NCBI GenBank assembly: GCA_041656175.1 | Contig: JBBAEA010000003.1 | Span: 1 to 63,237 of the forward strand | Source: Bradymonadales bacterium | GTDB lineage: Bacteria; Myxococcota_A; Bradymonadia; UBA4248 | Direction of reading: 5' to 3' | DNA: 63,237 bases | Part shown: piece after piece, positions 20,147 to 29,674 of the stretch | Layout of the letters: each line of letters begins with the position of its first letter | How positions within the stretch are numbered: the stretch's first letter is position 1 | Translations under genes and position numbers: made by a program | The notes under the pieces: generated by a model | The model's database searches: none | What the model saw: the letters and a program-made list of their open reading frames with translations, nothing else | What the model was told of the DNA's origin: nothing

Positions 20147-20175
20147 TATTTAATGGCAAAATTCTCGATTTGTCA
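20147..20175 (-). promoter_or_regulatory. sigma70-like promoter candidate for typA
   Basis: Read on the minus strand: TGACAA (20175-20170), a 17-nt spacer, then TAAATA (20152-20147). This lies about 150 nt upstream of the typA ATG. Confidence 0.3.
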
Positions 20176-20195
20176 TTGAATTTTCTAAGCTTTTG

Positions 20196-20346
20196 GGCGG
20201 GGGAAGGCTTTCCCCCGCGCGCAAGCTTCCCTCATGATCGACGGCTTCGCGCAATATTTTATGCATTGTATGCGCGCAAATCGCGCATCCAATGCATAAA
20301 ATGCGCTCAGGCGCCGCTCCATCGGGTGATCTTGCGCTCCCCCTTC
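20196..20346 (+). repeat. Family-A structured repeat (divergent copy)
   Basis: GGGGGAAGGCTTTCCCCCGCGCGCAAGCTTC ... central hairpin gcgcaatattttatgcattg/caatgcataaaatgcgc ... GATCTTGCGCTCCCCC. Confidence 0.65.
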
Positions 20347-20403
20347 TAGTTGCTCCCAAGACAACGAACATCGTTGTTAAAAAGTCGTCTTTCTGCTTTC
20401 ACG

Positions 20404-21831
20404 CTAATAGTTGGGGTACTTGCCCATAAGAACAATATAGTTTAGGCAACTACGCATGGCAAGATCGCTTTGGGAGGCGGAGTTTTCTCGCATTGGGCGT
20501 GCAGAAGATGAAAGCGCCAGTTTCAGGGCGAGTGTGCTTCGGGTTCCGAGCAGAGAATGTCGAGGCGGCAGGAGGCTAGAGCTAAGATTTCGTCGAATTA
20601 AATTTGGCCACGAATAGGCGTTTTTAAGCAGAACTTCAAATTTATTCAGGATAAGCTCTTTATTAAGCGTTTTTGGCCTGTAAACTAAATGTTTCCCATT
20701 AAACTTATTCCAGTTGTAAGTGGTAATGCGCCCTGCTTTTTCAAGTTCATGGTACTCGGGGGTTTCGGGAAAAGGGGTATAAAGCCTGAGAATGGGTAGA
20801 TCGACTTCGGCTATGTTTTGCGCAATTTGATCGAAACTCTCGATGCTATCGCCCTCTTTGGCAATCCGGAAGCTAGCCACGCAGAGTATGCCTGATTTTT
20901 TGATAGCCCTGAGCTTGCTTTTGGCTAGCATAAAACTGCTTCCATCGCGCATCATGGCGAGGAACGACAGAGTTTGGCCGCAAATGGCGAGTATGCAGCC
21001 AGAGCGTGCGAGAAGGGCGATGTCGCGTTTGTCAAAGTCGCGGGGTAGGGTGGCAGCCCATTGCAAATTGCGGGTAACTAGCGCTTGGGCGAGCATAAAA
21101 ATATGCCTTGATTCGATCCACGGGTTATCGAATAAAATACATTTTTCAGGGGTCAAAACCCCCGAACTCGCCAGTTCATCTATTTCTTTAAGTATATCTT
21201 CTACTTTTTTGGGTGTTATTTCGTTTTTTGATTTGCGTTTTGCGATACTGATGGGTAGCACTAAGGGAGCGTAATCCTGACAGTTGTTTGCGGTCCAGTC
21301 GGGGCAGAGCGCTTCGCTTTCGTGATCGATATGGAGCTTTAAGTAATGCGCTTTAAGGGTGTTTGCGTCGAGATCTTTGAGCCAAGCTAGGCATGCTGCT
21401 GTGCTAAAATCGGCCCAAATAACAGATTCGGGGACAAATTCGCTTTCGCTGTAAATCTCTGCCGCGTTAGTGAGAATGACAACCGCAATTTTTGATTCGA
21501 CCAAGCGCCTTGCCAGTTCGATGCTATCGCTCGCATTTTGTGCATCCATCGCGAGTACGACCCAGTCGTAGCTCCAGAGGCTAAGCTCATGGGCAAAACC
21601 GTCGTGAATCTGTACGAAGTGTTTTTTGTGGTTTTGGGCGTTGTAGCGTTTAATCACGGCAGCCCAAAGGGGCAGTACGCGTAGGGGTATGATGGCTTGA
21701 CCTTGCATTGCTTCATATTTAACAAGGCTACTCCCCAGTAAGGGGGCAGAAATACTTTTGAGTCGCGTATCCATGTGCCATTGCAGGCTTTCGCGGTCTT
21801 TCAGTCTTACTAGTGCGATGCGTGCCATCAT
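20404..21831 (-). CDS. B12-binding/radical-SAM-like protein lacking the CxxxCxxC cluster motif
   Basis: Rossmann-like N-terminal domain (WVVLAMDAQ...IAVVILT). The C-terminal part is typical of class-B rSAM (LRLYTPFPETPEYHELEKAGRITTYNWNKFNGKHLVYRPK). The expected SRGCPxxCxFC site reads ISIAKRKSKN. Confidence 0.5.
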   Translation of the reverse strand: MMARIALVRLKDRESLQWHMDTRLKSISAPLLGSSLVKYEAMQGQAIIPLRVLPLWAAVIKRYNAQNHKKHFVQIHDGFAHELSLWSYDWVVLAMDAQNASDSIELARRLVESKIAVVILTNAAEIYSESEFVPESVIWADFSTAACLAWLKDLDANTLKAHYLKLHIDHESEALCPDWTANNCQDYAPLVLPISIAKRKSKNEITPKKVEDILKEIDELASSGVLTPEKCILFDNPWIESRHIFMLAQALVTRNLQWAATLPRDFDKRDIALLARSGCILAICGQTLSFLAMMRDGSSFMLAKSKLRAIKKSGILCVASFRIAKEGDSIESFDQIAQNIAEVDLPILRLYTPFPETPEYHELEKAGRITTYNWNKFNGKHLVYRPKTLNKELILNKFEVLLKNAYSWPNLIRRNLSSSLLPPRHSLLGTRSTLALKLALSSSARPMRENSASQSDLAMRSCLNYIVLMGKYPNY

Positions 21832-22054
21832 TACCTCGTTGTTTCCAGCAGCCGATGTGGCCGCTAAAAGAGCTTTAGCAAAACTTTGTCATTGAATTGT
21901 CACAGAGCGGTTTTTTTTGCCTTGAGCGTTTTGTGTTTTGCACTTTGAATGCTCGCGCTATGGGCGTTTGTGGGTCATATTGAGAGCGTGGCCTTGCGTT
22001 CGCTTTTTGGGGTGCTAGCTTCAAAAGAGCAGAATCGTTTTTTGGGGTTAAGCC

Positions 22055-22200
22055 TGGGGGGTAGCGCGGGATCGCCGATAAATTCGGTTAATGAACGCAT
22101 AAAATGCACTGGTTGAGCGTTTAGCGAAAACAGTGCATTTTATTTGCGTGAATTATCCGAATTTTGAGGAAGCCCGCGCATAGGGGGGACTCCCCCTCCC
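22055..22200 (-). repeat. Family-A structured repeat (reverse orientation)
   Basis: CTGGGGGGTAGCGCGGGATC ... hairpin gaacgcataaaatgcactg/cagtgcattttatttgcgtg ... GAAGCCCGCGCATAGGGGGGACTCCCCC. Confidence 0.8.
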
Positions 22201-22339
22201 AAAGAAAAAAGAAAATGGGAAATAGTTGAAATAAGCGGGCTGTTTTAGCTAAGAATATGGAGCTATGTTGTTTGCGACGGCGTAGTATGTAGTTTGCCAC
22301 AGCGAGCCCTCAAGTAACTATTATTTTACAAGGTGAGTT

Positions 22340-23722
22340 GTGAATATAATAAGGTTGGTGTTTATGAGAAGCTTAGACTTGCGACGCGGGGCGATGGTAA
22401 TTTGGCTTAGCCTAGGAGTCTTGCTGAGTGTTTTAACGGCGGCAAATGCGCGTGAAATAAGGACGAAGGGGATGGATATACCGTACGAGAGTTTTGTTCT
22501 AGACAATGGGATGCAGGTGTTTTTGTTAGTGGATCGCAGTTTGCCTGTGGTAGCTTTGAACATGTGGTTTGATGTAGGTTCAAAGAATGAGCGTGCCGGG
22601 CGGACGGGTTTTGCGCATTTGTTTGAGCATTTGATGTTTATGGGGACGGAGCGGGTGCCTGATATTGACCTGCTGCTGGAAAGCGGGGGTGGGTCGAATA
22701 ATGCGTCTACGAGCAATGATGTGACGAATTATTACACGGTGGCGCCTGAGAATATGTTGGAGCGGCTGCTTTTTATTGAGGCTGATAGGCTGGCGAATTT
22801 GGCGTCGAGCATGACGTCGGAGAAGCTTGATAAGCAGCGCGAGGTGGTGCTCAATGAGAGGCGGCAGATGTATGAGAATCAGCCGTATGGCAAGGCGTGG
22901 CTTGAGATGCCGACGCTGCTTTATCCGGAGGGGCACCCGTATGCGCACCCCGTGATTGGGTCGGAGGAGGATATTAGGGCGGCGACGCTGGAGGATGTGC
23001 TTGAGTTTTTTAATAGTTATTACACGCCTGCGAATGTGTCGCTGGTGTTGGCTGGCGATTTTGATGCGGAGCGTGGGCGCGCGCTTGTAGAGAAGTATTT
23101 TGGCGCGATTAAGGGGCGCAAAAAGCCCGAGAGCGTGCAGTTTGAGCGGATGCGGTATCCGGCGAAAGAGCGCGTAGTGATTGAAGATAAGGTGCAGCTA
23201 CCGCGGCTTGTGATGTTTTGGCACAGCCCTGCGTTTTTGGCTCCCGGAGATGCGGAACTTGATATTTTGTCGTCGATTTTGTGCAAGGGAAAAAATAGTC
23301 GTCTGATTAATTCATTGGTTTACGAGAAGCAACTGGCGAGCAGTGTGAATTGCGCGCAAATGTCGTCGAAGGCGTCTACCTTTATAATTGATGCGCTGCC
23401 GCTTCCGGGGGTTAGGATCGAGGCCTTAGAAGAGGAGATTCTGGCTATACTCAAGGAGATCGGCGAGGAGGGGGTGCGGGAAGACGAGTTTGCGCGGACA
23501 AAAAACAGCATTGAGATGGCATATATAAAGCAACTACAAACGGTGGGTTCGCGGGCGGACAACTTTAATAGCTTCTACTTCTACTCTGGATCGACGGCGT
23601 TTCCTAGTAAGGATTTACAGCGATATCGTGACGCAAACACAGCGTCATTGATGCAGGTTTATCAAGAAATATTTTTGGATCCCAAGCGACGCGCTACTTT
23701 GATTGTCGAGCCTGAGAAGTAG
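22340..23722 (+). CDS. M16 (pitrilysin) family zinc peptidase, catalytic subunit
   Basis: Inverted zinc motif HLFEHLMFMGT plus a downstream NAST...E region, and a signal peptide. The start could be the ATG at 22364. Confidence 0.85.
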   Translation: MNIIRLVFMRSLDLRRGAMVIWLSLGVLLSVLTAANAREIRTKGMDIPYESFVLDNGMQVFLLVDRSLPVVALNMWFDVGSKNERAGRTGFAHLFEHLMFMGTERVPDIDLLLESGGGSNNASTSNDVTNYYTVAPENMLERLLFIEADRLANLASSMTSEKLDKQREVVLNERRQMYENQPYGKAWLEMPTLLYPEGHPYAHPVIGSEEDIRAATLEDVLEFFNSYYTPANVSLVLAGDFDAERGRALVEKYFGAIKGRKKPESVQFERMRYPAKERVVIEDKVQLPRLVMFWHSPAFLAPGDAELDILSSILCKGKNSRLINSLVYEKQLASSVNCAQMSSKASTFIIDALPLPGVRIEALEEEILAILKEIGEEGVREDEFARTKNSIEMAYIKQLQTVGSRADNFNSFYFYSGSTAFPSKDLQRYRDANTASLMQVYQEIFLDPKRRATLIVEPEK

Positions 23723-23962
23723 CGGTGCTTTTATTTTTTCCCTTTCATAGCGTAGATTTATTCATTTAACGATGCGAGGAGCATTTTTTACTTCAAAGCA
23801 TTTTCCTTTCACCATCGAGCTTTTAGCCAGAACTAAGAGTGAAAAAATCGGCGTTTAAACTTTTTAATTATTTTCTAGCTCTTTTGCCTTGAACCAAGCG
23901 CGTAGAATTATATTGGGAGATTTGCGATATTTCGGTATAATCTTCGCGCGAAGGCTATAATA

Positions 23963-25462
23963 ATGAATGATAAAGTTTTATATAAGCTAAGTCTCGTAGT
24001 ACTACTCTCCTTTACGCTTCTATCTTGTGCAACGAGAGCGCAGAGTATTGAGGCGTCAACCTCTTCTCAAACTGAGTTAAGCATGCAAAACAAGTCGATT
24101 AATGAACTACCCATACCCGAGTTAGCCGCGAGCAAAGTCTTTCAATACGGCATGCCGCAGCGTTTTAGGACGGATAACGGCATTAGCGTTTGGTATGTGC
24201 ATAACCCAATGGTTCCCATGATGACAGTTCGCGCTACTTTCCCCGTGGGCGGCGCACACGACGGCGAGGGCAAAGCGGGGCTTGCGCATTTTTGTATGAG
24301 CATGCTCAAGGAAGGGGCCAACGGTATGAATGCGCAAGAACTGAGCGATGCTATCGAAGAGATAGGCGCATCATTATATACTAGTGCCGCCCAAGATAAC
24401 AGCGCTATGGAGCTTCAAGTCATGACCGAGTATTTCGCTGAAGGGCTGAAGCTTTACGCAGACATATGGGAACACGCGGACTTTCGCGTCGATGCCTACG
24501 AGCGTTTAGCGAAAATACGCGCTACCAATCTAACGCGTCGAGGCGAAAACCCCGAAGTCGTGTCGAAAGTTGCGGGGAATCGCGACTTTTTTGGAGAAAA
24601 TAGCCCCTATGCCTTACCAGCCGATGGACTTATTAGCAGCCTTCCCCATATCAGTCTTGATGATATCAAGGCGATATATCGGCGTATTTTGTTTAACAAG
24701 GACGTGGTAATTACCAGCGCAGGTAATATCGAAGGCGAAGAGTTTATGTTGATGTTAAACCAAGCTATTGGTCATATCGAGCTAAATGAAATCACAGAAG
24801 CGATAGACTTCTCGCCTGATAAAACGCGTGCTCTAAGTTTCAACATCGTCGATAAGCCTGGCGCTGCACAATCGGTTATACGCATTATTTTGCCTGCTCC
24901 ACGAAGCGACGCGCCCCAAAGCATAGACCTCAGATTTTTGAACATTCCCTTTGGTGGCTCGTTCACGGGGCGACTTATGCAGAATATTCGCGAGGACAAG
25001 GGCTATAGCTACGGTGCCTACTCCGTTGTCGCTGCGCTTAAACACGATGGTCTTTTTGTCGCAACGGCTAGCGTTGCAAGTGAAGTTACTGGTGCCGCGC
25101 TTAGTGAATTTCTCTACGAACTCGAGCGCCTAAAACAAGGGGATTTTAGCCAAGATGAACTCGATAGGGCTAAAGCAACTTGGCAGGCAGAACTTGTGCA
25201 AAACTTCGAAACGCAAAGCGGCATCGTTAGTATGTTCTCGTCGCTTCAATCCAACCGTCAAGAGCCAGAGCTCTTTAACGACTATACGGCAAAATTCCTA
25301 AAGCTTGAACTCAATGAGTTTAATACATGGGCAAGAGAACTCACCAAACTCGAAAATGCCAGCATCACCATCGTTGGGGACAAAAACAGCATTTTAGAAC
25401 AAACAAAAGATCTGCCGTTACCAGCGCCTGTTTTTCGAAATACGGAAGGCGATGTGCTTTAG
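23963..25462 (+). CDS. M16-family peptidase-like lipoprotein (non-catalytic partner)
   Basis: Lipobox TLLSC. M16 fold pattern (GLAHFCMSMLKEGA) with no HxxEH motif. It is paired with the upstream M16 gene. Confidence 0.75.
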   Translation: MNDKVLYKLSLVVLLSFTLLSCATRAQSIEASTSSQTELSMQNKSINELPIPELAASKVFQYGMPQRFRTDNGISVWYVHNPMVPMMTVRATFPVGGAHDGEGKAGLAHFCMSMLKEGANGMNAQELSDAIEEIGASLYTSAAQDNSAMELQVMTEYFAEGLKLYADIWEHADFRVDAYERLAKIRATNLTRRGENPEVVSKVAGNRDFFGENSPYALPADGLISSLPHISLDDIKAIYRRILFNKDVVITSAGNIEGEEFMLMLNQAIGHIELNEITEAIDFSPDKTRALSFNIVDKPGAAQSVIRIILPAPRSDAPQSIDLRFLNIPFGGSFTGRLMQNIREDKGYSYGAYSVVAALKHDGLFVATASVASEVTGAALSEFLYELERLKQGDFSQDELDRAKATWQAELVQNFETQSGIVSMFSSLQSNRQEPELFNDYTAKFLKLELNEFNTWARELTKLENASITIVGDKNSILEQTKDLPLPAPVFRNTEGDVL

Positions 25463-25533
25463 ATTTTGAACGAGTGGCGGGGTGCCACAAACAGAACAAC
25501 TGAATAGTTCGGGGGAGAGCTTCCTATCTTTGG

Positions 25534-28500
25534 TTGAATACTAAAAGTACTGCAAATACCATGTGGAAAGTAAAAAATAGAAAATCCGAGCGTATCGCAA
25601 GAGCGCTCACGAATACTTTATTTTGTGTAGGAGGGTGCGGGGGGGAGCGTCTTCTTTTTGCTACAAAGAGAAGTGCTAAGTCTTTTGTGAAACTCCAGCT
25701 CTTCTTTGTTTTCATATTTTCGTTTTTGTTTTTTGGCTGCGACGAAACAGGGGGTGATTTTACTTTGCGTATTGATGCACAGCCTACGCGTGCGCATGCG
25801 CCGATGCAGTTTTCGTTTTCGCTAGATCGCGATGATGCGCTCTCGCTCGATGGCTGCTTGGCGGACTGGGATTTTGGTGATGGCGTTAAGTTATCGGGTT
25901 TACTGGCCTGCGAGCATATTTACCAGAGCCCTGGGAAGTACACGGTTTTGGTCGATTTGCGTTGTGATAAAAAACGCGCCAAGGCAAAAACAACGGTTGA
26001 GCTTTTTGCGCCAGTCGAGCTTGGTATTGACTCGCTTCAGGTGCGTCCTAGGGATATCAATACGGGGGCAAAATTGAGTGTTGCTTTGCAGCTTACGAAC
26101 TATGGGGCAGCGCTGCAAACGGCGACGTCGCTATCGGTTTATTTGAGCGAATCACCGAGTCTTGAGCTCTTTAAAGTGAGTGATGCCAATAGAATTTACG
26201 ATATCCCCATTGAGTCGATGCCTGCGGCGGGGAGCGAAGGGGCGAGCAAGAGTTTTTCCCTAGAGATTGCGCTATCGAACAGTTTGCGGACAGGGCAGTA
26301 TTACGTGGTCGCGGCCATAGATCCGGTGGCGGCCGTGGGCGATAGCGATCGAAGCAACAACCTTGTGATTGATGATGGCGCCATACTTATTCGTAACCAG
26401 GCTACGGATGGCGCGGACGTGAAGGCTATTAGTCTGGATCTATCGCCTTCAAGAACGCGTAATCTGACTTCGTTTATGGCCAATTTCGAGTTGACTAACG
26501 AGGGTTCTGCGACAGCGATGCGCTTTGATTACGAGCTTTGGCTAGGTCAAAAGAACGAAGCGACGCAGCGTGAAACAGGGCGTATGCTTTTGAAGGGGTA
26601 TTTTGATGGAATAGGGTCGGGTGCGTCGTTGCGGCTACAAGATGTTTTAGTGCCTGTTAACCCCGCAATTACAGAGGCTGGGCTTTATTACGCTTGGCTG
26701 GTGCTTGATGCCGATGATGCTTTGAGCGAGCGAGATGAAGATAATAATATCGTTAGGAGTACGGGTCCGATTCAAGTGAGCGACGAGAGCATTCTGGATG
26801 CCGATATTATCGTGAACAGCCTCGATTTTGAGCCCAAGTCGGCTGTTTCATTGGGTAGTTTGAGTATGAGCATAGAGATCTATAACCAAGGTTCGCAGCC
26901 TACAGGTTCTTTTGTGTGCAGCTTATACATGTCCAAGAATCAAAATTTAGTGCCCGATAAAGACCTTATTTTGGGTTCTATCAATATTTACGATCTTTTA
27001 TCTAACCAGTCCCAAGAGCATAGCACCTTAGTCGAAATTCCCGCGGACGTCGAAAGCGGGGATTACTGGCTGTTTGCCTATTGTGACTCAAGCGGTGTGG
27101 TAGCCGAGGCTAACGAAGACAACAACATTCAGCGTTCTTCAACGACGTTGAGCATCGTATCGCAGGCCGATGTCGATCTTAGCATTGCAGCGCTTACGCT
27201 AAGTGGAAGCAGCGAGATCGAGAGTGGTGCAAACATCGAACTGAGCGCTCGTATTTGCAATATGGGTACAACGGGTGCTGGCCCCAACGTCTTAGAGGCG
27301 ACTGTTATAAACCTCTGTAACGGCGCTCAGCGAGAAGTGTTTACGGAGCAGATCAGTGGGGTAGAGGCCAATAGTTGTAAGGACATAAGTTTGAGCATTG
27401 CGCTGCACTGCGATTTTTGGTGTGAGCGCTACGACATGAGTTTTAGTATTGATGCTACTAACGTCATTCACGAGACGAATGAGAACAATAACACGCGAGT
27501 TTTGGCCAGTGGCGCCACCGTTGTGGGCGATAGTTGTGCTTGTGTCGAGGATGCTTTTGAGCCAAACCAGAATTTAGCCACAGCAGCGGTATTGCCCGCG
27601 GGGGATCATAGCTTAAGCCTTTGTCAAAACGACGAAGACTGGTTTGAGCTAAAGTTGCGAGCAGGCGAGTCTGTGGAGCTTGAGCTGGAGCATCTACAAC
27701 AACGCGGTGCCCTGAGTATGGCGTTGTGGAAGGAAGGGCGAAAACTAGCACAGGATTTAATGTCCGACTCTCTGTATCTTAGTTTATACGATGTTGCAGC
27801 GCCTACTTCGTATTTTGTGCAAGTTCGAAGTCAAGATGGCAAGGGAAACGCGTATGCTCTTAAGCTCCGCCAATACCCCAAAAGCGCTGAAAACGACCTC
27901 GCCATATCTGGGCTTAAAATCGAGGACGATGCGCTGGACATCGAAAAATCACGCAAGGTTGATTTTAGCATTCACAATCTTGGACAAAGTATCAGCGAGG
28001 ATTTCCGCGTTTCGTTTTATCTTAGTCAAACGCCCGATATTGCTGAGGGAGCAGAAGCTCTTGCAAGCCGAGTCTACCATGGTCAAAGTGTGGCTGTAGT
28101 CCATGATTCGATCCAACTACGCCTTCCGCTAGAGACCCAAGCGGGTATATGGCGATTGATAGCTAAGGTAGACGTTGATGATGTCATTGATGAGAGTAAC
28201 GAGACGAACAACATTGGGCGCAGTTTGCCTTGGAGCATAGAGCGCGTTTGTTGGGATGTGCTCGATCCTAACGATAGTTTTGAAGCGGCAAGGACGATTG
28301 CGCTAAGCGGAGATGACGAACTTAGTTTTAGCGCAGAGTCGCTTCGAGTTTGCCAGAATAATCCAGATTTTTACCAATTCAGCATACCTTCAAACTACTC
28401 CCTACACATTACGGCCACAAACTTGGGTAGCGGAGATTTCGACCTCTTTTTATACGATGCCTATCACAACGAGATCGCTTCGGCGCGAACTGCAAAGTCC

Positions 28501-29670
28501 GTCGAAACACTGTTGCTCCCACTCACTCTTGGCTCTGAACCGCTTGTGCTAGAAGTTCGCCAATTACAAAATCCCTTTAACCCCAATGAATCGCGATACT
28601 CGCTGCAAATTACGGCAAAGGCCGTTCCCGATTGGCAGACTTGCGATGCGAGTTTTGAGCCAAACAATTTTAGCAGTTCGGCGTACTCACTACGTTCGAG
28701 CGCCATCGCTGGCGGAGCTGCAGCCCTCTGTCCCGCTAGCGATGTCGATTATTACTACATCAATTTGAGCGCTGGACAGCGCTTGCAACTTGCCATCCAA
28801 ACGACTGCAGCCACCCTACGCGCAGCACTCTACTCCCCAGGAGGCTCCTTTGCTGCGCTTCTTACCGATCTTCTAAACCAAAGCTTCGATTATACGGCGC
28901 CTATGGATGGGATGTATCACGTTAAAATCTACAGTAACAGCAGCGAAGTACGAAATCAGCCATACACGCTTAAGTTGCAAGGTTTAGAAGGCTTGGATTT
29001 AGCTGTTGGCGACTTAGCGGTTCTGCCACAAAACCCGATCGCTGGGGACGTTGTACAAGTCAGGTTTTCGCTTAAAAACCTAGGAAACTCGCCGATCGTC
29101 CAGAGTAGCTACCGCGTGGACTTGTTACAAAATTCTACGCAACACACTGTAGTACAAGACAATATCACGCAGAGCATCGCTGTGGGCGAAAAACTCCAAA
29201 TTGCGAAAAAGTTCAATATACCTTCGGGTATCACTGGAGTAGCGCAAGTCGTGCTTGAAGCTCAGATCCAAGGAGAGCAGGATATTTACAGCCCCAACAA
29301 CACGCAGAGTATCTCCATCACCATTCGAGAAGCTTGCGTTCCCGATGCCTACGAAGACAACAATAGCAAGAGTAGCGCGACAAGCATCACGCCGTCGCGT
29401 ATTAACGCGCGGATTTGCGAGAACGATGAAGATTGGTACAGCTTTGTTGCGCAAGAAAACAGAAAATACACGATCACGCTCAATTTCACGCATTCTGCAG
29501 GAGACCTCGATCTCTACCTCTACGACGAAGCCGCTCTCATTGCTCAATCGCGCGGCAACAGCGATAGCGAACAGATCGTCTTCGACGCACAGGCGTCTCA
29601 ACAGTACTATATTCTTGTTACAGCCTTTGACCCCAACACGCGTAATGACTACCAACTGCGACTAGAATAG
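25534..29670 (+). CDS. Giant surface lipoprotein with one PKD domain, multiple CARDB-like domains and four pre-peptidase-C-terminal (PPC)-like domains
   Basis: Lipobox LFFGC. PKD motif WDFGDG...PGKYTV. The CARDB end motif recurs (SDRSNN, EDNNI, NEDNNI, NENNN, NETNNI, SPNN). Four modules match CxxDxxEPN..(A)..C..DxDWY/F...GDLDLxLYD. A GTG at 25687 is a possible true start. Confidence 0.75.
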   Translation: MNTKSTANTMWKVKNRKSERIARALTNTLFCVGGCGGERLLFATKRSAKSFVKLQLFFVFIFSFLFFGCDETGGDFTLRIDAQPTRAHAPMQFSFSLDRDDALSLDGCLADWDFGDGVKLSGLLACEHIYQSPGKYTVLVDLRCDKKRAKAKTTVELFAPVELGIDSLQVRPRDINTGAKLSVALQLTNYGAALQTATSLSVYLSESPSLELFKVSDANRIYDIPIESMPAAGSEGASKSFSLEIALSNSLRTGQYYVVAAIDPVAAVGDSDRSNNLVIDDGAILIRNQATDGADVKAISLDLSPSRTRNLTSFMANFELTNEGSATAMRFDYELWLGQKNEATQRETGRMLLKGYFDGIGSGASLRLQDVLVPVNPAITEAGLYYAWLVLDADDALSERDEDNNIVRSTGPIQVSDESILDADIIVNSLDFEPKSAVSLGSLSMSIEIYNQGSQPTGSFVCSLYMSKNQNLVPDKDLILGSINIYDLLSNQSQEHSTLVEIPADVESGDYWLFAYCDSSGVVAEANEDNNIQRSSTTLSIVSQADVDLSIAALTLSGSSEIESGANIELSARICNMGTTGAGPNVLEATVINLCNGAQREVFTEQISGVEANSCKDISLSIALHCDFWCERYDMSFSIDATNVIHETNENNNTRVLASGATVVGDSCACVEDAFEPNQNLATAAVLPAGDHSLSLCQNDEDWFELKLRAGESVELELEHLQQRGALSMALWKEGRKLAQDLMSDSLYLSLYDVAAPTSYFVQVRSQDGKGNAYALKLRQYPKSAENDLAISGLKIEDDALDIEKSRKVDFSIHNLGQSISEDFRVSFYLSQTPDIAEGAEALASRVYHGQSVAVVHDSIQLRLPLETQAGIWRLIAKVDVDDVIDESNETNNIGRSLPWSIERVCWDVLDPNDSFEAARTIALSGDDELSFSAESLRVCQNNPDFYQFSIPSNYSLHITATNLGSGDFDLFLYDAYHNEIASARTAKSVETLLLPLTLGSEPLVLEVRQLQNPFNPNESRYSLQITAKAVPDWQTCDASFEPNNFSSSAYSLRSSAIAGGAAALCPASDVDYYYINLSAGQRLQLAIQTTAATLRAALYSPGGSFAALLTDLLNQSFDYTAPMDGMYHVKIYSNSSEVRNQPYTLKLQGLEGLDLAVGDLAVLPQNPIAGDVVQVRFSLKNLGNSPIVQSSYRVDLLQNSTQHTVVQDNITQSIAVGEKLQIAKKFNIPSGITGVAQVVLEAQIQGEQDIYSPNNTQSISITIREACVPDAYEDNNSKSSATSITPSRINARICENDEDWYSFVAQENRKYTITLNFTHSAGDLDLYLYDEAALIAQSRGNSDSEQIVFDAQASQQYYILVTAFDPNTRNDYQLRLE

Positions 29671-29674
29671 TAGT

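Noticed and set aside
22580-22948. Arg-rich 122-aa minus-strand ORF.
   Set aside because: It is antisense to the M16 peptidase (HxxEH frame) and has extreme R/H/I/L composition with no start context.
25534-25686. The N-terminal 51 codons of the giant surface protein ORF.
   Set aside because: The status of this stretch is uncertain. The lipoprotein signal (VKLQLFFVFIFSFLFFGC) begins at an in-frame GTG at 25687. The preceding basic stretch may be untranslated. I kept the long coordinates but flag the doubt.
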